The notes: generated from the letters alone by a model not told the origin. Positions 39,209 through 50,461 are shown, counted from the first letter of the stretch. The stretch: 64,000 bases of DNA from an uncultured Rickettsiales bacterium (GCA_903828265.1 CAIKLL010000009.1:19877-83876), one strand, 5' to 3'. Translations and numbers: made by a program.

Positions 39209-40066
39209 TCAGTTGATTTTTGTTAAGATTGAATCAAGTTCTTCAAGATTTGAGTAGTGAAAGGATATTTTACCACCGTTCCATGAATTTTCTACCACAA
39301 CTTTTACCCCATATTTCTCACTAAGTGATTGACCTAAGATTATAAAGTCATTATCTACTCCCGAGTCTATATTATTTTCAAGTTTCTGTTTTTTTATCCG
39401 GCGTGAAATTTCATTTTTTCTAGTTAGTTCCTCGGTTTGACGGACATTTAAATCATTGGCTATAACTTTACCTGCTAGTTCTTCCGCATTATCAAGGCCT
39501 ATCAAACATCTTGCATGTCCCATACTGAGTTGGCCATTATTAACCATAAGCTTAATAGACGCGGGTAAGCTATTTAGCCTTAATAAATTTGCTACATGGC
39601 TACGGCTTTTACCAACCGCATCTGCTAACTCTGCTTGAGTATAACCAAACTCTTTTATTAACCTCTCATATCCTTCTGCTTCTTCTATGGCGGTTAATTC
39701 TTCACGTTGGATGTTTTCAATGAGAGCAATTTCAAGGATCTCTTTATTGGATAAATTTTTAATTATTACAGGAATTTCTGTCCAACCGGCTATTTTACAC
39801 GCTCTATACCTTCTTTCCCCCGCTATAATTTGATATTTACCGTTAACGGGCGCACTAACTATTATCGGCTGCACTAATCCATTACTTATTATTGAATTGG
39901 CTAACTCTCGTAATTTTTCTTCATTAAAATTTTTACGTGGTTGATATTTTCCTACTTCAATTTGGTCAATATTCAAGAGGTTGTTTGTAGTAAATCCTGT
40001 ATCTACCGGTAAAATTTCCTCTTTCAGTAAAGATGATAATCCTCTTCCTAACACCCTATTTTGCAT
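39209..40066 (-). CDS. parB: chromosome partitioning protein ParB
   Basis: ParB box IIAGERRYRA, HTH region QAELADAVGKSRSHVAN, adjacent to parA. Confidence 0.9.
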   Translation of the reverse strand: MQNRVLGRGLSSLLKEEILPVDTGFTTNNLLNIDQIEVGKYQPRKNFNEEKLRELANSIISNGLVQPIIVSAPVNGKYQIIAGERRYRACKIAGWTEIPVIIKNLSNKEILEIALIENIQREELTAIEEAEGYERLIKEFGYTQAELADAVGKSRSHVANLLRLNSLPASIKLMVNNGQLSMGHARCLIGLDNAEELAGKVIANDLNVRQTEELTRKNEISRRIKKQKLENNIDSGVDNDFIILGQSLSEKYGVKVVVENSWNGGKISFHYSNLEELDSILTKIN

Positions 40067-40080
40067 GTTTACCTCTTCTC

Positions 40081-40869
40081 TTAAACCAACTTAATCTCTT
40101 TATTTACTTCACTATCGATAATTTCTTTGGCAAGATCTATATAAGCTCTTGAACCAGAACATTTATAATCATAGATTATTGCAGCTTTACCATGAGAAGG
40201 AGCTTCTGAAACCTTAACATTTCTTGGTATTGTGGTTTTATAAACTAGTTTACCAAGACATGTCCTTACATCATTTTCTACCTGCTCCGTTAACTTGTTC
40301 CTTTTATCATACATTGTAAATAAAATACCACCTATTTTTATCGCGGGATTCATTTTTTTTTCTACAATTTCTATAGTTTTTAATAAATGACTTAATCCCT
40401 CGAGCGAATAAAAATCGCAAAGCATCGGTATTAAAACCTCATCACAGGCTACCAAAGCGTTTAACGTAATCAAACCAAGAGAAGGAGGACAATCAATAAT
40501 TATATAATCAAAGTCATTTTTTATTTCTTCAAGTTTTTCTAGTAAAATATTTTCATAATTTTTAAGCTGTATTAGGTCGAGCTCAATCGCTGCTAGATTT
40601 GTATTCGCACTCACGATTGATAGATTAGGTACTTCTGTAGCAAGAATAGCATCCCTTATAGAATTTAATCCGCTAAATACATTGTAAGAGGTAATTTTTC
40701 TTTCAGTCTGCTTTATTCCAAGGCCGCTACTAGTATTACCTTGTGAATCGATATCAACAATTAAAACCTTTTTATCCATAACAGCAAAAATAGTAGATAA
40801 ATTTACTGCTGTCGTGGTTTTGCCTACCCCTCCTTTTTGATTCACGACTGAGATAACCCTTGCCTTCAT
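40081..40869 (-). CDS. parA: chromosome partitioning ATPase ParA/Soj
   Basis: Deviant Walker A NQKGGVGKTTT, plus DIDSQGN and IIDCPPSLG motifs. Confidence 0.9.
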   Translation of the reverse strand: MKARVISVVNQKGGVGKTTTAVNLSTIFAVMDKKVLIVDIDSQGNTSSGLGIKQTERKITSYNVFSGLNSIRDAILATEVPNLSIVSANTNLAAIELDLIQLKNYENILLEKLEEIKNDFDYIIIDCPPSLGLITLNALVACDEVLIPMLCDFYSLEGLSHLLKTIEIVEKKMNPAIKIGGILFTMYDKRNKLTEQVENDVRTCLGKLVYKTTIPRNVKVSEAPSHGKAAIIYDYKCSGSRAYIDLAKEIIDSEVNKEIKLV

Positions 40870-41456
40870 AGTAATTTTTTTATGTTAAATATTTCAACGA
40901 TCTTACCTTCCCCCGAAGTGATGCTGTTATGAAGATTAAAGTCAAATACCCAATGTTTTTGAGCTTCTGTTATTTCTTTTTCATAATTCTTACCTTTCAA
41001 CAATAACATTTTTTTTTGTATTTTTATTCCTTCAGTTACTCCAAGTATATTAGTTACACTACTAAATCCCCTTGAGGTTAGAATATCGCAATTCATATTA
41101 AATTTTTCATCTATTCTTTCGTCTACTATAATAATTTTATTTGAAGATAATTTAGAAGCTTGGGCTAAGAAAACTGATTTTTTTTTATCAGATTCTATAA
41201 GTACTGTATTTTTTACTCCGCAAATAGATAAAACAATACCCGGAAATCCTCCTCCGGAACCAATATCTATGATCTTATCTGAAAAATCAATATATTTTAG
41301 CAATTGCAAAGAATCTAAAATATGCCTTTCCCAGATATCTTTCTGAGAATTCCTTGATATTAAATTGATTGCCTTATTCCATTTAAGTAATAAATTTTGA
41401 TAATTTAGCAGAGCGTGGGTTACTTCACGTGAAACATTTAAATTATCAACCATCAT
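40866..41456 (-). CDS. rsmG: 16S rRNA (G527-N7) methyltransferase RsmG
   Basis: VSRE-x-x-x-x-L-x-x-Y N-terminus, SAM motif [11 protein letters not shown]. 4-nt overlaps with mnmG and parA. Confidence 0.9.
   Translation of the reverse strand: MMVDNLNVSREVTHALLNYQNLLLKWNKAINLISRNSQKDIWERHILDSLQLLKYIDFSDKIIDIGSGGGFPGIVLSICGVKNTVLIESDKKKSVFLAQASKLSSNKIIIVDERIDEKFNMNCDILTSRGFSSVTNILGVTEGIKIQKKMLLLKGKNYEKEITEAQKHWVFDFNLHNSITSGEGKIVEIFNIKKLL
41421..41436. other. parS-like site 1 (inside rsmG coding sequence)
   Basis: TACTTCACGTGAAACA matches the canonical parS palindrome TGTTTCACGTGAAACA at 14 of 16 positions, with a perfect CACGTG core and right half-site. Confidence 0.55.
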
Positions 41457-43306
41457 TTATTATGTTTACTTTTTAAGTAAATTATCACAGTAGTAAGAGC
41501 AGAAGGGGTAACACCTGATATCCTGCGTGCTGCACCTATTGAGCTTGGTTTATGAAAATTGAGTTTTTCTCTAATTTCTACAGATAAACTCTTAATAGCA
41601 TTATAATCAATATCCTGAGGAATTTCTAGATTTTCTTCTTGCATAAAAAGCTTTATATCGGCTGATTGCCTTTTTAAATAAGAAGAATATTTTGATTCAG
41701 TTTCATGGTATTTCAAATGATTAATATTTTCTTCTTTTAACTCCGGAAAGAATTGTAAAGTTTTTTCTAGTCCGAACTCTGGTAAACCGAGTAACATAAA
41801 AGCCGTTTTATGAGAACCATCTTGTGCTATGGTATGCCCTTTTTTTTGAAGTTCGCTAGTTGTGAGACTAAGCTTATCGAGTTTATTCTTTAATTTTTCT
41901 ATTCTACCTATTTTTTCTTCAAATTTATTTTTCCTAAAATCAGAAACAATACCAGCACTTATGGCCAAAGGAGTAAGTCTAACATCTGCATTCTCACTTC
42001 TTAAAGTAAGCCTATATTCAGAACGAGAGGTAAATATTCTATACGGCTCAACTGTACCGAAATTTATAAGGTCATCAATCATAACTCCTATATATGCATC
42101 GGCTCGTGTTAGAGTAAATTTTCCTCTATTTTGAGCAGAAAATGCAGCATTAATTCCAGCTATTATCCCTTGAGCAGCAGCTTCTTCATAACCAGTAGTA
42201 CCATTTATTTGGCCCGCTAGAAATAACCCTTTTACTTTTTTTGTTTCTAATGTAACTAAAAGCTCTCTAGGATCTACAAAATCATATTCAATAGCATAGC
42301 CAGGTCTAATCATTTTTGCATTTTCTAAACCTGGAATTGATTTTAAAATTTCAATTTGAACGTTTTCAGGTAAGGATGTAGAAATACCATTGGGATAAAC
42401 CGTGTGATCGTTTAGTCCTTCCGGTTCTAGAAAAATTTGATGGCTTTCTTTAGAAGCAAATTTAACTATTTTGTCTTCTATGGAAGGACAGTACCTAGGC
42501 CCTATACCTTCAATCTGGCCAGAATACATAGCGGATAAATGCAGGTTATCTCTAATAATTTGATGCGTAAAACTAGTAGTCCTTGTAATGTAACAATTGG
42601 TTTGAGGAACTTCAACTTTATCAGTAAGTTCAGAAAATGGCCTAGGCAACAAGTCTCCAGGTTGAACTTCAACTTTACTATAATCAATAGTTCTACCATC
42701 AATTCTTGGCGGAGTACCGGTTTTCAGCCTTCCTACCGTAAAATTATTATTACGAAGAGTTTTTGATAAACCGTAGGATGGCTCTTCTCCTACTCTACCT
42801 GCAGGTATCTTTGTCTGCCCGATATGAATTAGACCAGATAAGAAAGTTCCTGTTGTTAAGACGATTGAAGAACAATTAATATTACCAGTTTTTCTAGTTA
42901 CTACACTTGTTACCTTACCACCCTTAATTATTATATCTTCAACAGAATCATATATAATAGTTAAATTATTATAATTACTCAAGGTAGCAAACATTGTTTT
43001 TCTATACAATGATCTATCAGCTTGAGCCCTGGGTCCCCATACAGCAGGACCTTTGCTTTCATTAAGCATCTTGTAATGTATGCCCGCTTTGTCTATGACC
43101 CTTGCCATTATACCGTCAAGAGCATCTATTTCCTTCACTAAAGTTCCCTTGCCCACTCCACCTATAGCAGGATTACATGACATTTCACCTAAATTTTCTG
43201 GCTTGAAAGTAATTAACAAAGTAGCACTTCCGGCACGTGCAGCTACTGCAGCAGCTTCACAACCAGCATGTCCACCCCCTACAATAATTACATCAAAATC
43301 TTTCAT
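41453..43306 (-). CDS. mnmG: tRNA uridine 5-carboxymethylaminomethyl modification enzyme MnmG
   Basis: FAD motif [15 protein letters not shown]. 617 aa, collinear with GidA. Confidence 0.95.
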   Translation of the reverse strand: MKDFDVIIVGGGHAGCEAAAVAARAGSATLLITFKPENLGEMSCNPAIGGVGKGTLVKEIDALDGIMARVIDKAGIHYKMLNESKGPAVWGPRAQADRSLYRKTMFATLSNYNNLTIIYDSVEDIIIKGGKVTSVVTRKTGNINCSSIVLTTGTFLSGLIHIGQTKIPAGRVGEEPSYGLSKTLRNNNFTVGRLKTGTPPRIDGRTIDYSKVEVQPGDLLPRPFSELTDKVEVPQTNCYITRTTSFTHQIIRDNLHLSAMYSGQIEGIGPRYCPSIEDKIVKFASKESHQIFLEPEGLNDHTVYPNGISTSLPENVQIEILKSIPGLENAKMIRPGYAIEYDFVDPRELLVTLETKKVKGLFLAGQINGTTGYEEAAAQGIIAGINAAFSAQNRGKFTLTRADAYIGVMIDDLINFGTVEPYRIFTSRSEYRLTLRSENADVRLTPLAISAGIVSDFRKNKFEEKIGRIEKLKNKLDKLSLTTSELQKKGHTIAQDGSHKTAFMLLGLPEFGLEKTLQFFPELKEENINHLKYHETESKYSSYLKRQSADIKLFMQEENLEIPQDIDYNAIKSLSVEIREKLNFHKPSSIGAARRISGVTPSALTTVIIYLKSKHNK

Positions 43307-43319
43307 TTCACGTGAAACA
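43304..43319. other. parS-like site 2 (ndk-mnmG junction)
   Basis: CATTTCACGTGAAACA matches canonical parS at 14 of 16 positions. It fills the 13-nt intergenic gap and overlaps the mnmG ATG, and shares the 15-mer TTCACGTGAAACATT with site 1. Confidence 0.55.
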
Positions 43320-43742
43320 TTATTTCAAAATTTCTTCTTTTTTAAAGAAAAAAGCGATTTCTTTCTTAGCACTATCAATACTATCAGAACCATGAATACT
43401 GTTAGCCTCTATATCTAAGGCAAAATCTTTTCTTATAGTCCCTTTTGCTGCATCTGCCGGATTAGTAGCACCCATTATTTCTCTATTTTTAGCTACCGCA
43501 TTTTCTGCTTTTAGAACTTGTAACACAACAGGGGCAGAAATCATGTATTCTATTAACCCTGGAAAAAATGGCCGCGCTTTATGTTCAGCATAAAACTCTT
43601 CTGCCTGTTCCTTTGTTAATTTAACCATTTTTTGAGCTGCAATTTCTAAACCTGCGCTTTCAAGATAAGAATTTATTTTTCCTATTAGATTTCTTTTAGT
43701 TGCATCTGGTTTTATAATTGAAAAAGTATATTCTATTGCCAT
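43320..43742 (-). CDS. ndk: nucleoside diphosphate kinase
   Basis: [10 protein letters not shown]-terminus and active-site NSIHGSDS. Confidence 0.95.
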   Translation of the reverse strand: MAIEYTFSIIKPDATKRNLIGKINSYLESAGLEIAAQKMVKLTKEQAEEFYAEHKARPFFPGLIEYMISAPVVLQVLKAENAVAKNREIMGATNPADAAKGTIRKDFALDIEANSIHGSDSIDSAKKEIAFFFKKEEILK

Positions 43743-43834
43743 AATTTAACCTGTATTCGTTGTTGGAATTAGAGCATTATTTATAGAATTTTTAAGAGAT
43801 TTTTCAAGTATTATTTTCGACTTGTATTTTAGAT

Positions 43835-45247
43835 TTAACTTTTATTAACCTTTTTCCAAATAGTCGTACCGTCATGTTTATCTTCTATAGCGATACCAAG
43901 CTCAAGTAAATTACTCCTTATTTGATCAGCTAGTTGCCAGTTCTTTAGTTTTTTAGCATTTGACCTCTGTTGGATTAATTGAGCAATAAAATTATGGTCA
44001 AGGCCACCTTTAAACCAATTGTTGCAATTTAAACGAATTAAACCCAAAAACTGAGCACAATACATCATTTTTTTAGCTGCGACTATTTTAGCTTTATAAT
44101 CATCGGTTTTATGGGATTCTTTAGCAAAATCATTAATTAATTTAATAGCCAGGGGGGTATTTAAATCATCTAACAAGCTATCAAAAAATATTTTAGGAAT
44201 ATCTATATCTACGAAATTCAATCTTGCTATCTCCTCAGTATCAAGAAATAACTCCTCAATTATTCGATACCAATAATTGAGCATTTTTTCGGCATCGGTA
44301 AGTACCTTTTTATTGTAATCTAAAGGTTTGCGGTAATGGGCGCTAATTAATACGAGGCGGATAATATCACCTTTTATTTGCTTATCCCTAAGATCTTTAA
44401 CTGTTATAAAGTTACCAATAGATTTACTCATTTTCTCATTATCAACGGTTAAAAAACCATTATGTACCCAGTACCTCGCATATTCAGAACCAGAAAAAGC
44501 TGAACAACTTTGCACAATTTCATTGGTATGGTGAGGAAAAATCAAATCTATTCCCCCACCATGGATATCAAATGTAGAGCCAAGGAATGCATGGCTCATT
44601 GCCGAGCATTCTATATGCCACCCAGGCCTTCCTATACCAAATGGGCTCATAAATTTAGCTGACTCGTCATCTTTTTCATTCGCCGGTTTCCAAAGAACAA
44701 AATCTTCGGGATTATTTTTATTGGTATCACTTTCAATCCTTCCGCTTTCTCTCATTTCTTCTAAAGTTCTACCTGAAAGTGCGGTATAATTTTTTGCTCT
44801 ACCAACATTAAAATAAACATGGCCGTTAGCTTCATATGCAAAACCCATATCTAACAGTTTTTGAATTATATCAATCATTTGAGGAATATAATCTGTAGCT
44901 TTCGGTTCTTGAGTAGGTCTTAAGCAACCGAGATACTCCATATCCTCATTATAATCAGTAATAGTTTGTCTTGTTAACTCAGGTATTGGAATATTTAGTC
45001 TATAGGCCCTATCTATAATCTTATCGTCGATATCAGTAATATTTCTCACATATAAAACATTACTTGAGCCGTACAGTTTTATTAGGATTCTATATAAAAT
45101 ATCGTATACTACTGTAGACCGTGCGTTACCAATATGAGGATGATCGTAAACTGTCGGACCACAAACATACATTTTGATCAAATTTATATCTAATGGATTA
45201 AAAACTTCTCTTTTTCTTGTAAGTGTATTAAATAATGATAATTTCAT
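43835..45247 (-). CDS. cysS: cysteine--tRNA ligase
   Basis: HIGH-type HPHIGNARS, KMSKS motif EKMSKSIGN. 470 aa. Confidence 0.95.
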   Translation of the reverse strand: MKLSLFNTLTRKREVFNPLDINLIKMYVCGPTVYDHPHIGNARSTVVYDILYRILIKLYGSSNVLYVRNITDIDDKIIDRAYRLNIPIPELTRQTITDYNEDMEYLGCLRPTQEPKATDYIPQMIDIIQKLLDMGFAYEANGHVYFNVGRAKNYTALSGRTLEEMRESGRIESDTNKNNPEDFVLWKPANEKDDESAKFMSPFGIGRPGWHIECSAMSHAFLGSTFDIHGGGIDLIFPHHTNEIVQSCSAFSGSEYARYWVHNGFLTVDNEKMSKSIGNFITVKDLRDKQIKGDIIRLVLISAHYRKPLDYNKKVLTDAEKMLNYWYRIIEELFLDTEEIARLNFVDIDIPKIFFDSLLDDLNTPLAIKLINDFAKESHKTDDYKAKIVAAKKMMYCAQFLGLIRLNCNNWFKGGLDHNFIAQLIQQRSNAKKLKNWQLADQIRSNLLELGIAIEDKHDGTTIWKKVNKS

Positions 45248-45313
45248 ATTCCAAGTAAACTAAATTAAATTTCGATCATTTTACAGTATAAACCCAGCAA
45301 TTAAAAATAATTT

Positions 45314-47050
45314 ATGAGTTTTGACCAGGATAACATTGAAAGCCCACAAAATGATTATAATGTAAATATCCAAATAATTACGTTTATTGTTATCACTATG
45401 GTAATTATTTTAACTTTGGTAAATTTCATTCGGATATATTCGAATGAAAAATCTGCCTTATTAAAAGGAATGGCTGCCGAGGCTAACTCATTAAAAACAG
45501 TTTTTTCGAGCCAGTTAAGTTATTCTAAATACTTTATAAAACTAATAGGTAGAAATATAAAAGCAAATCCTACAGATTTAGTCCACATTAGAAAAACTCT
45601 AAAAACATCTTTTCTCTCTAAACATTTTAATTCGCTATTTGGATGGCGCAAATATAGCTGGGCTAATAACGAATATTTAGAATTAGTAACAAGTACTGAA
45701 GGTATTGCGGCGAATCCAAAAAAACTATATTTCGTAGAAGATATAGTACACAAGATTGAGCAAAACAAAAAGATCAAAAGTTATGTAGATTTTCGTATTA
45801 ATAAAACTCCTGATAGTTATAGTTTAAAATTAGTTAATCCAATATTTGATAAGTTAACAAAAAATTTTATTGGAGCAGTAGTTTTAAGTTATGACATTGA
45901 TACTTTAGTACAAAACTTAAATAATCGGAAGAAAGAAGCAAGTGTCAATTTTATAATAGTTGATAAAGATTTTGATATTGTAGCTAAATCCAAGCCGGTA
46001 ATAGATAAAATAGTCGATGCTAATAATAATCTGGCACCTCAATTGTTACAAGCATTAGAGAAACAAAACCGTAATTTGGCATCCCTCTTTCAAGACTATT
46101 CATATCTTGATATGGCAAATGGATTAAATTATTTTATAAAACCAGTAGAAGATTTTCCTTTTACAGTTATTATTAATATTGACAATGATTTTATAAAGAA
46201 CAACATAGTTCAGACTCTTACTAAAAGGTTTCTGGAAGTCGGTTTCCTAGCCGGGTTCTGTTTAATAATTATTATTGCAATTTATAAAAGAGAAACTTCT
46301 CTTAGGGCAAAAGCTGAGCAGGCTACTATCTTAGCAAACAATGCAACCAAAGCCAAAACTGATTTCCTTGCTTTTACAGCTCACGAAATAAGGTCTCCTT
46401 TAGGTTTTATTGTGACTGGTTCAGAAATTATGTCCAAAGAGTTATTTGGAAAGATTCCGGCAGAATATACCAAATATGTTGAAGGAATACACCAGAATGC
46501 CCAAATAATCTTGGATTTTATTACTGATATTTTAGATGAGAATCAAATAATTGAAGGTCAGTTTAAAATAGTCAATTCTTTAAATAAAATACAGGATATA
46601 ATAATTCGAGTCGCAGAATTCTACTTAGGCAAAAAAAATATCTCTATAATAACTGATTTTGAACCAAATTTGCCTTTAGTTATTTGTGATAAGAAGAGGA
46701 TGACTCAGGTAATAGACAATTTAATCAGCAACAGTATTAAATACTCCAGTAAAAATACTGCTATTCACATATCCGTAAAAATGGATAAAGGTCAAATGTT
46801 AATCACGATCATAGATCAAGGAATAGGAATGAAACCAGAAGAGATCCCTGTTGCCTTAAGTAAGTATGGTACCATTCATAGACAAGATTACCAAAAAGGT
46901 GGATCTTATGGATTAGGATTGCCTATAGTTAAAATGCTACTGGCTGCTCATGAAGCAATTTTAAATATAGAGAGTACATATGGAAAGGGAACAAGTGTAA
47001 AAATCATTTTCCCAAAATCCAAAATCGTTTATACTAAAGGAAAAAAATAG
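45314..47050 (+). CDS. membrane sensor histidine kinase with periplasmic (Cache-like) domain
   Basis: Two TM helices flank a ~270-aa extracytoplasmic region. H-box FTAHEIRSPLG, N-box NLISNSIKYS, G1 DQGIGM, G2 GLGLPIV. Confidence 0.85.
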   Translation: MSFDQDNIESPQNDYNVNIQIITFIVITMVIILTLVNFIRIYSNEKSALLKGMAAEANSLKTVFSSQLSYSKYFIKLIGRNIKANPTDLVHIRKTLKTSFLSKHFNSLFGWRKYSWANNEYLELVTSTEGIAANPKKLYFVEDIVHKIEQNKKIKSYVDFRINKTPDSYSLKLVNPIFDKLTKNFIGAVVLSYDIDTLVQNLNNRKKEASVNFIIVDKDFDIVAKSKPVIDKIVDANNNLAPQLLQALEKQNRNLASLFQDYSYLDMANGLNYFIKPVEDFPFTVIINIDNDFIKNNIVQTLTKRFLEVGFLAGFCLIIIIAIYKRETSLRAKAEQATILANNATKAKTDFLAFTAHEIRSPLGFIVTGSEIMSKELFGKIPAEYTKYVEGIHQNAQIILDFITDILDENQIIEGQFKIVNSLNKIQDIIIRVAEFYLGKKNISIITDFEPNLPLVICDKKRMTQVIDNLISNSIKYSSKNTAIHISVKMDKGQMLITIIDQGIGMKPEEIPVALSKYGTIHRQDYQKGGSYGLGLPIVKMLLAAHEAILNIESTYGKGTSVKIIFPKSKIVYTKGKK

Positions 47051-47053
47051 CGA

Positions 47054-48172
47054 ATGAGTTACTCTACAAAAGAAAAATTTGTAGCTAAGTTACAAAAAAT
47101 ACCTTTTTCCATACCATTTTTAATAACAACTATTTGTATTTACGGTTTTATAATTCTTTACTCTGCTGCGGGGGGAGCGATAGAACCTTGGGCATATAGG
47201 CAAATAATAATTTTTTCGATTTTTATGCCCTTAGCTTTAATAATTTCTATGGTTGACACTAGATTTATCCATAAATGCTCGTATTTTATATATTTTTTTG
47301 TTTTATTATTTTTGATCGCAGTAGCAATCATCGGTAAAACAGCTATGGGTGCTACAAGATGGATAGACCTTGGGGTATTTCACATCCAACCCTCAGAACC
47401 ATCTAAAATAGCTATAGTTCTAATGCTTGCTAGATATTTTCATAATACTAGCGAAGAAAACATTTCTTCTATTTACAATCTAATTCCTCCTATAATCGGA
47501 GTACTAGTTCCTACATTTTTAATTATAAAACAACCAGACCTTGGAACAGGAATAATTACCTTAATAGTTGCAACTATTATTTTTTTTGCCGCAGGAGTTA
47601 AAAAATTATATTTTGTTATAGCTGGTATTGGAAGTTTAACCTTACTACCGATTCTGTGGAGTCTATTACATAACTATCAAAAGAACCGGGTATTAATTTT
47701 TTTAAATCCTGATAGAGAACCGCTTGGAGCAGGCTATAATATTATCCAATCAAAAATAGCGATAGGATCAGGAGGATTCTGGGGAAAAGGATTGTTAAAT
47801 GGTACCCAGAGCCATTTAAATTTTTTACCGGAATATACCACTGATTTTATTTTTTCTTTTCTAACGGAGGAACTTGGGTTTGTCGGGGGTTTAATTCTAA
47901 TAATATTATATTTTATGCTAATCCTCAGTTCGTTAGCCATTGCTATTAACACTAAGCCAATATTTACGAAGTTAATGGTAATAGGATTAACATCAATATT
48001 TTTTAGCCACATATTTATTAATATAGGAATGGTAATGGGTATGTTGCCAGTAGTAGGAGTGCCATTACCTTTTATTTCATATGGTGGCACAATGATGGTA
48101 TCAATGCTTATCAGTTTTGGTTTAATTATGAACGCGAGCTTACATCAACATACTAACTTCCATAGTAATTAA
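47054..48172 (+). CDS. rodA: SEDS peptidoglycan glycosyltransferase RodA
   Basis: FtsW/RodA pattern including ...NPDREPLGAGYNIIQSKIAIGSGGFWGKG... and GVPLPFISYGGTMM. Confidence 0.9.
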   Translation: MSYSTKEKFVAKLQKIPFSIPFLITTICIYGFIILYSAAGGAIEPWAYRQIIIFSIFMPLALIISMVDTRFIHKCSYFIYFFVLLFLIAVAIIGKTAMGATRWIDLGVFHIQPSEPSKIAIVLMLARYFHNTSEENISSIYNLIPPIIGVLVPTFLIIKQPDLGTGIITLIVATIIFFAAGVKKLYFVIAGIGSLTLLPILWSLLHNYQKNRVLIFLNPDREPLGAGYNIIQSKIAIGSGGFWGKGLLNGTQSHLNFLPEYTTDFIFSFLTEELGFVGGLILIILYFMLILSSLAIAINTKPIFTKLMVIGLTSIFFSHIFINIGMVMGMLPVVGVPLPFISYGGTMMVSMLISFGLIMNASLHQHTNFHSN

Positions 48173-48174
48173 TT

Positions 48175-48684
48175 ATGTATAAATTACCGATCAAATTATT
48201 ATTAGTACTTATTTTAGGAACTTATATATTTTTAATTTGTTTAGTACCGTTAAAACTCTATAAACTAGGATTAATTGATATATTTGGCCAGATTTTTCCT
48301 GCCCTAGATGTAGTAATTATTTATTATTTTTCGACTTATACTAATGTTAGGTACTGGATGTTATTTATTATTGGTATCATCTTAGATCATGTATATCAAC
48401 TACCCGTGGGTCTTAATTCATTTATTTTTATTACTTCAAATATTTTATTAAACTATATAAGCCGATGGTTTATTCTAAAGGATGAAATTACAAATGTCTT
48501 AATTTTTTATGCATATAGTGGAGTCATTATCGGCTTTAGATATATAATTTTTCTAACAAAAAATAATTACGGGTTAGAAGGATTTTCAATTTATTTTTAT
48601 TATTTAACAACAATATTTTCATACCCAATATTACGATTTCTAATCCACAAACCTCTTACTGCATTAACCAGATATGCTGGATAA
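48175..48684 (+). CDS. mreD: probable rod shape-determining protein MreD
   Basis: 169 aa, about 5 TM, immediately upstream of and overlapping mrdA. Positional and topological call only. Confidence 0.5.
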   Translation: MYKLPIKLLLVLILGTYIFLICLVPLKLYKLGLIDIFGQIFPALDVVIIYYFSTYTNVRYWMLFIIGIILDHVYQLPVGLNSFIFITSNILLNYISRWFILKDEITNVLIFYAYSGVIIGFRYIIFLTKNNYGLEGFSIYFYYLTTIFSYPILRFLIHKPLTALTRYAG

Positions 48685-50461
48685 AAATACTATTAAAGGA
48701 CAGCTTATTTCGAGGCGTACTTTTATCATCGGAGTAGGTAAATTTGCTTTTTTACTTCTGCTGGTAGGCAGAATGTTTTATATGCAATTCCTCAAGAAAA
48801 ATGAGTACAAAACACTTTCGGATCAAAACCGAGTAAGAATGATCATCCTTTTACCTAGTAGAGGGCAAATCTACGACAGGCATAGGAAATTAATTGCTAA
48901 AAACAATATTTGTTTCAGGTTGTTACTAGATAAAAATATCAGTCCATCTTTTGAGGAAGAATTAAAAGATATCATACAGCTGCTCGAATTAGATACTGAT
49001 CAAATAAAAGAAGTTAATAATAGAGTAAGAAGAGCAGGTAGAAGAATCCCTGTATTAATAATGGATTATCTAGACTGGCACCAAGTTTCAATAATAGAGG
49101 AACGCAAGGAAATTTTAAAATCACTTTTTGTTGATACAGGCAATATCAGATTTTATAAATATGCCGAAAATACGGCCCACTTACTTGGTTACATGGGCCG
49201 AATTGAAAAAAACGAAAAAAATGATTTGGCTTTTGTAGAAGAAAATTTTAGGACTGGAAAAAACGGAGTAGAGAAATTTTATGAAGAAACATTACGGGGA
49301 AATTTCGGTTATAAACAGATTGAAGTTAACGTACACGGTAAATATGTAAGAGAACTATCAGAAAGTAAACCTTTAGCAGGTACTGATCTATATCTAAATA
49401 TAGATGCAGAATTACAAAAAAATATTACACCATACTTAAATTCCAAAGGTTGTAGTGCCATTATAATGGATTGCCAGGACGGTAGTATTCTAGTTTCTAC
49501 CTCAACGCCTTCTTATAATCCTAATAATTTTAATTTTTTATCAAATAAATATTGGTCCGAGTTAATCCAAAACCCGCATAAACCATTAATAAACAAAACA
49601 ATCCATAGTCTTTACCCTCCGGGATCAATATTTAAAATAATTACGATCCTCGCCGCTCTGGAAGCAGGAATAAAGCCTTCTCATACTATAAATTGCAATG
49701 GAGGTCCAGCACTAGGAGGGAATGGTTTTAGATGCGGAAAAAAAACTGGCCATGGCTCCTTAAATATGCATGATGCAATAAAATATTCCTGTAACATTTA
49801 TATGTTTGAAATTGCAAAAATTATAGGTCCACAAAAAATTATCAATCTAGCGCAAAAATTTGGTTTTGGATCAAATACCGGTATTGATTTACCATCTGAG
49901 CTTACAGGATTTGTGCCGACTCTAGAGTGGAAAAAAAAACAATTTAATAGCAAATGGTCACTAGGAGACACCTTTAATTTATCAATTGGACAAGGGTTTT
50001 TATTATGCACACCTATACAACTAGCGAGATTCATAACTGCTATAGCTACAGACGGTAAATTGTATATTCCTAAAGTTGCTAAATCTGAGAGGGAATATAT
50101 TCAGCTTGATCTTGAAAAGGAACATATAGCTTTTGTAAAAGAAGCCTTATATAGTACCGTTAACACATTAGGTGGAACCGGTTATGCAGGAAGATTGAAC
50201 CACAGCACGTTGCATATGGCTGGTAAAACTGGTACTGCTCAAGTAGTAGCCAAAAAAAATACTAATGATGACCTTAGCAGATCTGACATAGCATGGAATC
50301 GAAGAAATCACGCTATTTTTGTTGGTTACGCACCTTCAAATAATCCTAAATATACCATAACAATATATTATGACCACGGAGGAGGAGGAGGAAAAGCTGC
50401 TGTTCCTATAGCCAAGGCAATAATCGAACAAATTTTAGAAAAGTATCCTCAAATATATTAA
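48674..50461 (+). CDS. mrdA: penicillin-binding protein 2 (elongasome transpeptidase)
   Basis: N-terminal anchor and dimerisation domain. S-x-x-K (PGSIFK), S-x-N (YSCN), K-T-G (GKTGTAQ). Confidence 0.9.
   Translation: MLDKNTIKGQLISRRTFIIGVGKFAFLLLLVGRMFYMQFLKKNEYKTLSDQNRVRMIILLPSRGQIYDRHRKLIAKNNICFRLLLDKNISPSFEEELKDIIQLLELDTDQIKEVNNRVRRAGRRIPVLIMDYLDWHQVSIIEERKEILKSLFVDTGNIRFYKYAENTAHLLGYMGRIEKNEKNDLAFVEENFRTGKNGVEKFYEETLRGNFGYKQIEVNVHGKYVRELSESKPLAGTDLYLNIDAELQKNITPYLNSKGCSAIIMDCQDGSILVSTSTPSYNPNNFNFLSNKYWSELIQNPHKPLINKTIHSLYPPGSIFKIITILAALEAGIKPSHTINCNGGPALGGNGFRCGKKTGHGSLNMHDAIKYSCNIYMFEIAKIIGPQKIINLAQKFGFGSNTGIDLPSELTGFVPTLEWKKKQFNSKWSLGDTFNLSIGQGFLLCTPIQLARFITAIATDGKLYIPKVAKSEREYIQLDLEKEHIAFVKEALYSTVNTLGGTGYAGRLNHSTLHMAGKTGTAQVVAKKNTNDDLSRSDIAWNRRNHAIFVGYAPSNNPKYTITIYYDHGGGGGKAAVPIAKAIIEQILEKYPQIY

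Noticed and set aside
50378-50392. (GGA)5 microsatellite
   Set aside because: It is in frame within mrdA, encoding the Gly5 loop (DHGGGGGK). Nothing indicates phase variation, and slippage by one unit would stay in frame.
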